64,000 nt of DNA from positions 59,305 through 123,304 of the forward strand of contig MNCI01000323.1 in the NCBI GenBank assembly GCA_015680685.1, given 5' to 3'. Each line of letters starts with the position of its first letter. Positions within the stretch are counted from its first letter, which is position 1. Made by a program: the position numbers and the translations under genes. The notes beneath the pieces are model-generated. The model saw only the letters and a list, made by a program, of their open reading frames with translations, searched no databases and was not told the origin of the DNA. This DNA comes from Gnetum montanum (lineage: Eukaryota; Plantae; Gnetophyta). This document shows, in pieces, positions 50,058-60,254 of this stretch.

Positions 50058-53000
50058 AAGCTAGAGATAAAACCCCAATTTTTACAATGGACGATAAAAA
50101 TCTACAAAAAAGACAAGAAGTCATTGACTCAATTCATTATTATTTGTCCATTCAGATCTTATTAGAAAGAAAAACCTCTAGACAAGTTACTCGGATGCTA
50201 CTTATCTTTTTAGAGGTATCTTGAAACAATGGTGGAACCATATTCCTAATCTAATCAAAAGAAAGCTGATTAATGCACTGAGTATCCTTATTTTAAATGC
50301 TATTACAAAAGAATTTTTAAGAAATAAAGAAAATAAAGAAAATTTATATAGGGATAGATTTTTTAAAGATAGATTAACTAAAATCCAAAATTTATATAGA
50401 TTTCTAGATACGATGGAAAAATTATATTATAATGGGAAATTGACGTATGAGATCGGGGCAAAAGAGCATCTACTGGGTTGTTTACCCTAACCATTTTGCA
50501 ACAAATATTTAGTTGAACTAAAACGTTAAAATTTAGTCTTAGTAGAAATGAGTTTTGGTAAAATTAGGCGATTTATTACCAACATTAATAAAGAACTTTA
50601 CTATGACCAGCAAGCACAATGCCAAATAGTAGATCTTAGTAAAAAATTAGGAAAATCTATTTGTTTGGAGATCTGTCGAGAAGAAAGGTTTTACAAAGAA
50701 AAAGCATGTTGTCAAAAAAGGACAACATCCTAGAAATAATGCAAAATACCAAAAAGATAGCAACAATAGCGTAAAATACCTCAAAGAATACGATCAGAAG
50801 GAAGAAATGTTAGAGAAATGTTTAAATGTCGATAAAGAAAACTTCCTCAAAAAGATATTAAATGTTATCTTTGCCAAGGTTCACATTTTTCAAATCAATG
50901 CCCTTAGAAATCTTATCATCAAAATAAGATTAATTTTATTGAAAAAGATCAATTGAATGAACAATATTATGATTGGGTAACAATTGAAGATATTGGTTTT
51001 CAATAAGGGGATATTATAATACATACATCAAATGACTATTCATCTGAAGATATGAAATGGCTTCCTTTTGATCATGACTATAATGACTATCCTGATTCTA
51101 ATTTCAATTCAAATGATTCTGATGTTTTCTATTGTAATATGAATTTTTATAAAAATTGCCCATCTTCTTCATCCTCTTTTAGACCTCTTGCTAGGCCATA
51201 TAGAAAAGGTTGAATTTCTCAATGTCATAATCCTAATGATGATTTAATTCTACAAGAATTAAACAATCAACTTGAGAATCTGTAGAAAGCTTTAAATAAA
51301 ACTCCTCTTGATCATATTCACAAATGTATATCCCTTTAACATAAAATTAAAGAAAATAAAGAGGAAATCAAATTGCATAAAAGAAATTTTAAAAAACAAG
51401 CTTTATTTTATGAAGATTCTCAACCATCTGATTCTTATAACGATGAAGAACAACTCGAAGACTTATTAAAATTAGAAGAAGAATGTGAAGAAATAAAACA
51501 AACAAAGCCATTAAATGCTAATGATCCAACACAAAGATTATTATGAAAAACTCATAAGATACAACAATTGCAAATGTTCATTGAATGGGCCACAAGAGAA
51601 TTATAGGAATTAAAACAAGAAGAGGAAAGTGAACAATGAAAGATCTATGAAGAACAAGGTAAACAAGCTTCACCAATCCAATTAGTTAACAAAAATCAGG
51701 TAAAAACATCATTACCTATTTGTACTTTTTATATTAAACTACCTGGTTTAAAATCTTATCCTGTTGATGCTTTGATTGATAGTGGAGCAGAAATATCTTT
51801 AGCTCGACCTAATGTTTTTCCTGACTTTTGTTGAAAAAATGGTGAAAAGCAAATGGTTGTGTTTAATACACAACATAGAACACTAGAAATGCAAGCCTCC
51901 ATTCCCATCTATACTCCTAAAAGAACAATCATGTTTTTGCAAGTTTATCAGTTTAATATCCCATCCTATGATTTATTAGTTAGTACTGATAATTTAAAAA
52001 ATTTAGAACCATATGTTATTACTTTTCAAAATATTATTTTACCAAATATTTCTTTTCTTAGACAATCTACTTATAAAATTAGATTTGAAACACTACCTAA
52101 ACAAAAAAATCAAAAAATAGATTGGGCCATAAATCAAATCTTACACCATCATGATGCTTTTGATACTACGAAAAGAAAACTGTTTACATTAGCATTAGAT
52201 GATCCTATTGTTTTTGGTCATAAAAAACAACATTAGTGTAGGATAGACTTAAAAGATAATGTCAAAATCCAAAGTAAGGCACATTATATTGGAATGTTAC
52301 CCGAACTACGTAAAGAATGTGATCAAGAAATTCAAACATTACTACAAAAACAACTCATTCAACCTAGCATTAGTTCCTTTGTATGTGCTACTTTTTACGT
52401 TAATCAAAGAGAAGAAATAGTTCGCAGTAAAAAAAAGGCTAGTGGTTAATTATAAACCCCTAAATGATATTGTTAAATCTGTTCAACATCCTATTCCAAG
52501 TAAAGATGATTTACTTCAAAGATTACAACATACACACATTTACTCAAATTTTGATTTAAAATCCAAATTTTGATTTAAAATCTGGATTTTGGCAATTCCA
52601 ACTTCACAAACCTAACCGATGAAAAATTGTTTTTACAGTCCCTAATGGACTTTACGAATGGACAATTTTACCCTTTGGGTTGAAAACTACCCCTTCTATA
52701 TTTCAACAATGTATGGATAAAATATTTTTTGAATATCCTTTTATTATTATATATATTGACGATATTTTAATCATGAGAAAAAATGTAGCAGATTATCTTT
52801 AACATTTAGAAAAATTCTATCAATTAGTGGATGAGAATGGATTAGTCTTATCACCTTCTTAAAAGAAAATGACTATAGCTCAACCAACTATAAATTTTCT
52901 TGGTTTAGAAATTTCACATGGACAAATCCATCTACAAATCCACATGCTAACTGCAATCAAGAATTTTCTCGACATTATTACTAATAAAACTCAACTTCAA

Positions 53001-53534
53001 TGATTTCTTCATTGTATCAATTATGTTTCAAGATTTTATCAACATCTTTCTAATACTAGAGCTTGGACTGAATAACATACAGTCGTTGTCAAACAAATTA
53101 AAGAAAAATGTCAACATCTCCCAAAGCTCAGACTCGCAACTAATGGTAGACTTATTCTTGAGACAGATGCATCCTATGAATTTTGGGGAGCTGCCTTAAA
53201 AGAAAAAATAGATGGTATTATTCATATTTGTCGATATGCTTTTGGTAAATTCAATGCACCCCAAATCAATTATCACAATACACATAAAGAACTTCTAGCT
53301 ATCATCAAAGGTGTTGAAAATTTCAGAATATTTTTAGCTGATAAATATTTTATCATCAAAAACAACTTAAAACACTTTGATAAGTATTTAGCCATGAAAA
53401 ATATTAACAAACTCACTCATACGAGATTGATCTGATGGTCTCTATTTCTAACTAATTTTTCTTTTGAAACTCAATATTTAGATAGAAAGAATAATTCTCT
53501 AGCGGATTTCCTTACTAGAAAATTTCAATTTTAA
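50058..53534 (+). pseudogene. Caulimovirid CP-AP-RT-RH polyprotein, decayed
   Basis: Domain order capsid/zinc knuckle, aspartic protease, RT (KFDLKSGFWQ, GLYEWTILPFGLKTTPSIFQ, YIDD), RNase H; multiple stops and frameshifts. Confidence 0.88.
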
Positions 53535-53587
53535 TTATTATTATTCTCATAATATGTTTATATTAAACTTTTATATAAGTCTTGTAG

Positions 53588-54470
53588 ATCTATTATAGCA
53601 AGAAGGATGGACGTTGCGCTATTCACGGTGACTCAGGCATCTACATTATCATGAAACTTATATGTCTTTTGTAGAGCAAGCATTCTACAAACATGAATGT
53701 GAACCATGGTGGGATTCCTTCCTGTTAATAAACCAAACTATATCCCCATATACCATTATAGTCCAAAAGGTGTTTACAAGCTGAGACGAAAGAGAAGATT
53801 TGTCTATCATCCCTATCCATTGCAAACTCATGACTTATATTGACATCCAACTTTGTGATTTTGATAATTTGTATGACAATCCTCCTGAAATTTTACCTTG
53901 GCCATTGTATCAACCTGATCCTGTCCATCTTTATAAGATAGAAATGAGTCCTATCAATAATCCTTCAAATAATACTTTTTTATTTTGGGATTGGTGGGCA
54001 CGTTTTGGTCATTCCCTTACACATATACCAAATGGATATCCTAGGCACCTGTACCATCGACTTACCTCTTATCATGGTGACTTGCTCTATTATGCTCATC
54101 CTGAATCCAAAAATTGGCATTTTGGTCAAACCCATAATCCACCGATATATTTTCTGACAACTTCTATATCTAGACACATTGATTGGGACAATACTTTTAG
54201 TTATGCCTTTTTCTAGGATGTGTACACCACTAACACCTATGATATCATTATGACCTATCAAAATCAGCAATGCGTGCCATGCTTTACAACCTAGAACCAC
54301 GCATTGAAACCTTTCAACGTCATGGTGGATATGAGAAAACTCTTTATCTTGCATGCATAATTGCATACAGCACTATGGACACATCACATTCATAGGAATA
54401 TAAGGCAAAAGAAATAACCACACCAAGAGAAAGTGATTCTCCACCAAGCATGCCTGACACTACCCCATAA
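53588..54470 (+). pseudogene. Caulimovirid post-RH ORF of unknown function (~290 aa reconstructed)
   Basis: WPLYQPDPVHLYKIE, FWDWWARFG, YHGDLLYY and DVYTTNTYDI are conserved in the left arm (45269-46140) and, at amino-acid level, in virus B. Confidence 0.7.
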
Positions 54471-54586
54471 AAAGAATCTTGTATCAAATATTCCATATAA
54501 TAATGTCTGCCAGAATGTAATATTCACAATCATGTTGTCTTCCACTATGTAATGCTTATTTGATTATAAGGTGGTGGCTGCATGCC

Positions 54587-54879
54587 TATATAAAGTTCTA
54601 TAAGTAGAAGAAGAGGTCTAAGAAGTGTTGAGAGCATATAACAGAGAGTTAGAGAGTTTTCTAGTATGAGTAAAAGAGTAAGAGATATCCAGATTGCTAC
54701 CCCTTACGCATCTGAAGCATTCCTTACTTTGGAGTGGTACAAGAAAGATCTGAAAGTGTTGCGCCATGCGCCTTTCAAAGCATTCCTTGTACGTTGAAAA
54801 GCAAGAGAGATCTAGAGTGCTACGTATCATGCCTCTAAAGTATTTCTTGCTTCTTGTTAAAATCTATGTGAGCAATAAA
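54587..54879 (+). promoter_or_regulatory. Viral pregenomic RNA promoter TATA (54587-54594) and poly(A) signal AATAAA (54874-54879)
   Basis: cctatataaag followed ~285 nt later by aataaa; both are mirrored in the left arm; this is the caulimovirid terminal-redundancy layout. Confidence 0.7.
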
Positions 54880-55299
54880 GATTGTGTATTTTTATATTGC
54901 GATACTCTTTGATCAATTTCACATGTCCACTCCCTCATGAGAGCTTGTTTGTCCAAGTCAAGTGGCAATGATTCCATGAATAGAAAAATGATTATTGAAG
55001 AATGGGTTATCTACTCCTTGTCCATTGTGTAAACTTTTGTGCACAAGTCTTTACATAAGCCCTAGGGTCTCATCTATCCTATAAATAGAGGGGGTGTGTA
55101 TGACCCCTAATAACCACCCTCTAAAAATTAGTACATTTTTTTCCTTTTCCAATCCTCTAAAAACATGGAATTATATTTATATTAGCAACTAATAATGATG
55201 TGACTCATAATGATGGGAGGATTATAGGGCCTATGTATCTCCTTTCCTCATTAGACTTAATAAATTGAAAGGTTAATCTCAGTTCCTAAGCTATATTAA

Positions 55300-55980
55300 C
55301 TAAATTTGTGATGTACACAATCACCCTAATTGCAATTCATAGTCATTCTACTTGCTCTGGCCCATGTCCATTCACACTTCAATATTGTTTTTTCACACTA
55401 ATTTTATGAATTTCTCTATCATTGGGTATTAATCTTTCAATTTCTATAGTTGTGTTAAAAGATTAATGTCACTTCTTGATTTGTATCAACTACAAAACAT
55501 GTACTTGTTAACTTCTTCATCTCAAGAACTAAATTTTTTATGCACTCCATCCAATGCGGTTGCAATTTTCCATTTTATGTTACACATCAACAATAATATG
55601 TTGTACAAATAAGCTATTTGAATGGCATGTTAGGATGGATTGCAAATTATTCCATCAAATCAAACATTGAAAATGACAATGTTATTATGTTTGACAATGT
55701 ATAAATTCTCCAACACATCTAATACAAATATAACCCCCTCTTCTTCTTCTTTAATCTCCAAACACTGCACAATCCTTAATTTGTAAGGTTGCATTGCAAA
55801 TATTGCTTTGTGATATCTATTGATCATACCAATTTGTACTCATTGTCAATCTTTGGGTCTCAAACTCTAATGGAATATTGCAATAAAACTTATTCTCAAT
55901 GAAATGCATCATCCTATCTCAAACACCTTAAATAGTGTTGTTTCATTCTGAAGTTATGATCTCACTTCCTTAATCATCTT
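55300..55980. repeat. Degenerate repeat block, same family as 62830-64000
   Basis: The unit ttgtatcaactac..aacatgtacttgttaac...atgcactccatc occurs at ~55480 and recurs at ~63060, ~63295 and ~63610. Confidence 0.6.
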
Positions 55981-55985
55981 TACCA

Positions 55986-56746
55986 TTTTTTTTGTGAAAA
56001 AGTCAAGTAATTTCATTAGAGAAGAAGGTAATATACAAAGCCTTGGGGTAAAAACCCTAGCAGCCCACAAAAATAAAATGATCACCCCCAAGGGGGATGG
56101 AACACCACACAAGGAACACATGTTCCAAAAGCAAAAACTGGGTGTCAAAGGTGGCCTAGCTTAGAAAATCCATAGTAAGGAAGAGTAGAAAATTGTCCAA
56201 TTTCTAAGCTATTTGAAGTATTATAGTCAAAACCAAACCCCAAGAATCCCATTGCATGTATCGGATAACCCCTCTTGGTCCTTGTAAGCTATGCCTTCAG
56301 AGGGGTCTTGGAAGTTTAGTATAGGAGCATCATGACCATTACTAGGCATGCACTGCATCCAAGACCACCCTGTAATGTTCTGATACAACAAAAGCCATGA
56401 CCTCTTGAAATTCCTTATACTACTCCTCCTACTGCTTCTGGGCGGCTTCTTCTAGGGTGGTGGCCTTATCTAGGTGGAGCTTAGTAGAAGTAGTCCTTAT
56501 GAATCTCCTTAGTCTAGCCCACAAGGCATTGTGGTTTATTCCCATGACCACATATGGACATCTTGCCATACGAAACTAGCACCTAGCATTTGACTCATGT
56601 GCAATGTCCTAGTTCATCTTCATTTGCTGCTCCGCCAAAAGGACCCTAGTCCATTGTTTGTTCTCCTCTTCCTCTCTTCTAAGCCACTCCTGCTCCTCCC
56701 ACCCCTCCTTCCATAAGTCAATATGGATATGGATGTCAATCTCAAA
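55986..56746 (-). mobile_element. Probable LINE 3' end with poly(A) tail
   Basis: Minus strand ends ...ttgtatattaccttcttctctaatgaaattacttgactttttcacAAAAAAAA, typical of a plant L1 3' UTR; same orientation as the LINE 5' part at 60255-62815. Confidence 0.5.
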
Positions 56747-59700
56747 AATATGTACGTAATTGTATCCGAGTTTTTTCTATTGCTCTACTTCCTCCAAGGA
56801 AAAAAATGAAAGTGAGACTGGGCGAAGATTGATGCCATTGATCTTCAAATCACATTCAGAGAAGTGCATACATTGCAGGGATTGTAGGGGATTCAAACTC
56901 ATAAGAGGGTAGATCTCACGTTGTTTCGAAAAGCGAAGGAAGCTTCAAACATGAAGAAGCAATACAGAAATGTGAAAATTTATCTATAGGAGGTAGATGC
57001 ACCAAAAAGATTGTGTTGATCACATCCATCAATTGCCATGATATGGGGTTGGGAGAATGCCAGCAAGATTGGATTTCGAATAGCATTGCAACTTATCCCC
57101 TCACTCCTTGGGCCTTACTGTGCACCTTACACCTATAGCAAATCACTCAATCTAAGAAGTCTTCGAGAACAATATCAAATCAAATAGGCAAATAAACACA
57201 GAAGATACTTGTAACAAGAGTATAACTTGACTTTGATACCAACTCTTGCCAAAATCACTCTCTTCGCATTGCAAACTCAACGCTCAAAGATTAAAAATAG
57301 AAAAAGCACAAAAACAATACTTCAAGATAAGAAAAAGCTTCAAAGTTCATATTATTCGCATTGGAACTAGGCCAAATATACAAGCAGAGAAGCAACTAAG
57401 GGATCCTTGGGAGAAGAATGCTTCAAAGGTGCTATGAGCTGCTCTTTGGATCTCTTTCTTCCAATGTCTCTTAACTTTGCTTTGGTACATATTCATAGTT
57501 GAGGCTAGAGCCTCTATAATCTTCTTGGTGCAATCCAACTATACAAGCACTAGTGGATGACAACTCATACTACACTTACAAAAGATAAGGGTGTACAACA
57601 CCCTAACATGATACATTAGTCCACTTTTACTATGGCACTGCTTTATAGTACAATAATTTACATAGTGGCAGACATAATCATGATTCTTTATGCATCTCCA
57701 AGAGAATCATAGCTACCATGTGATCCTACCTCATCATCGACTAAAGGGGAATCCCAAATTCTAGAGTTAGAAGGAGTTTCAGGTTTTCCACAAAGATATG
57801 TGACATTTTCATTACCTCCATTGTGGTACATATAAGCAACACAATAATCAATCATTTTCAAGTCAAGAGATCTGGGATTGAGATTGTGACAAGTACAATG
57901 TTGCTGGATATCATATGTATTAGAAGTGTAGATATCCTAGTAGAAAGAGCACCTCTAAGGGGTAGTCCAATCTAATTATCTTTTAAAATAGGAAACAAGA
58001 AAATAAGAAGGTGGCTCATTGAATAGCTCAATATTCTAGGCTTGGGCTTGTAAGTTCCTATAGTAAAGGTAATCACCATGATAATCATTACGACGGTTAA
58101 GGAGATGAGTTGTGTAAGATTCATGGAGATAATTAGGTAACTATCCAAACCTTTGCCACCATAGCCAAAATAGCTCATTAGGTAGGATCCAGGGATTGAT
58201 TTCTATTTTATATACATGAAAGGGACTTGGTTGATAATGAGGCCAATTAAGAACGTGTTTAGGAGTAGCTTCAAAACAAAGATCTTGTAGTTCTATATTA
58301 GTTTGGCATCAAACTTCTCTGAAGGTGGAGTCACCAAGTCTTGGAAGGAATGTTTGAATGGAAATATTTGATAATGATGCATTTGTCTGAAGGTACCTGA
58401 TGAACCATTAAAAACTTTATTTCCACCCTTCTTGGAAAGATTCTTCGATGAGCATAGTTAGATATTAACCTAGTATGTGCTACCTTATTGAGGGCCTTCG
58501 TACTTAAATACTTATCAAAATGATTTAAATCACTTCTAACTTTAAAATGCATGTTCTATAAGAACAGCCTAAATTTATCTATGTCTTTTATAATGGCCAG
58601 AAGCTCTTTGTGTGTGTTGTGATAGCTTTATAGAACATCATTAAATTTTTCTTAAGCATACTTGCATATCCAGATAACATTGTCCTTTTCTTCTTTGAAA
58701 GCAACTCCCTAGAATTCATGGGAAGCATCGATTTCAAGAATCAACTGTCCATTAGTAGGTAGTTGTAACCTAGGTAGATTAGAGAATTGTTGCTTAATCA
58801 GAGCAATAATTTTTGTATGCTTTGAAGTCCATTCTGGAGTATTTTCACCTAACCTTTCATTAAGGAGCATTTTGTAGATGTTTATAAAAGCTAGATACAT
58901 AGTTTACACAACCAAGAAATCCCTAAAGTTGTGTTTTGTCCTTCAGTTCATTTGGAAATGTCTTTATAGCTTCTAGGACATGTGGCTACAAATATATCGT
59001 GTCATTTCTTATTTTTAATCCTATGAATTCTATAGAATTGGCTATGGTCATCTTGGTAGGAGATAAGACTAAACCATTATTGTCTATTAATTGTTTAAAT
59101 ATCTCCAGATGTTCAAGATGTTGTTAAGGATTCTTACTCATAACTAAAATATCATCTATCTATACAAGAATAAAGATCTTACCAAATATTTGGTCCATAC
59201 ACTTGAAAAATAGAGGGGGCCGTTTTGATTCCAAAAGGTAAGACCATCCATTCATATAATCCTCCTGGCACAGTGAAAATTTTTTTCCACCTATCATTTG
59301 GTTCGACTTGTATTTGTCAAAATCCTAAGTTTAAGTCAAACTTAAAATAAACATTAGTATGAAGGAGGAGTTGAAATAGATCATCCATGCGAGGTATAGG
59401 ATGTTGGACTAGTTTGATTAAATCATTTAAAGGGTTGTAATTAACTACAAATCTTTTCTTCCCTCTAACTTGTTTTGTGCATTTGTTTACATATAATACA
59501 GCACAAGAAAACATACTAGTGCTAGGTTGGATTAGTTTTTCATCTAGTAATGCTTGTATTTCTTGATTGCATTCTTTCTTTAGACTTGAAGGCATACCAA
59601 TATGATGTGCCTTTGTTTTGATTTTTATATTATCTTTGAATTCTATCCTACACCATTGTTCTTTCTTGTGTTTGAACACTCTAGGATCATCATTAGCTGA

Positions 59701-60254
59701 TTCTAGTAACGTATTTGTTGTTAGGCTAAATTTGGTTTATAGATTGTGCACATTATTTAAAACCCATTACCTATTAGATTGTTTGTTGGAAGATTGTAGT
59801 GATGGGAACCTACTAATATATCTATGTTGCAGGGAGAAGTTTTCTCCAAAAAAACTTACATATGTGAAACCTATTGTATAAGGTTCTAGTCTTTGTAAGT
59901 TGTCTGTCCCAATAAGCATGTCGTAATATTTTATCTCACAATGGACTATTGTAAGATATAACAGTCTTCCCTTATTTTTTTTTATGGGTATAGTTGCTTT
60001 ATGCTTATGATACATCTTCTCTATGTTAAACCTAATATCATTTTCTTCTATAGGTTCCCATAAGTGAAATGGGATTACATTCCATTTAGAAATGGATATA
60101 TTAGCACCTAAATCTATTAGTATGTCTACAAAATATCATTTATAATTTTATAACTTAATAAAAAATATACAAATAGGTTTATGTAGTCTTTACCTGAGAA
60201 TTAGCATTTATTTTTAATATAGACATGACTTGATTTTCTGCCTGATATTCCTAA
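56747..60254 (-). mobile_element. Endogenous caulimovirid B (distinct species): AP-RT-RH, extra ORF, intergenic region, PBS, start of movement protein
   Basis: ILIDLGANISIS (~60095-60125), RT 59000-59680 (RGKKRFVVNYNPLND, FKFDLNLGF), RH LILEIDASHEF (~58710), extra ORF ~57690-58440, tRNA-Met PBS TGGTATCAAAG 57231-57241, MP motif SLEEVEQxKKLGYNYVHI ending ~56747. Confidence 0.88.
57231..57241 (-). promoter_or_regulatory. tRNA-iMet primer binding site of virus B
   Basis: TGGTATCAAAG (canonical TGGTATCAGAGC) between the viral intergenic region and the MP-like ORF. Confidence 0.75.

Larger units (their letters stand above)
50058..54903 (+). mobile_element. Endogenous caulimovirid A, right arm (inverted copy)
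   Basis: Reverse-complement match to 44820-49591; knuckle 50863-50901, ALIDSGA 51769-51789, RT YIDD 52752-52763, RH ETDASYEFWGAALKE ~53160-53200, polyprotein stop 53534, extra ORF 53588-54470. Confidence 0.9.

Noticed and set aside
44820-54903. Reading the palindrome as a giant-TIR DNA transposon, an LTR element or an assembly artefact
   Set aside because: No transposase, integrase, LTR or TSD; the arms differ by many substitutions and private indels and contain no gaps, so it is not a collapsed or mirrored contig.
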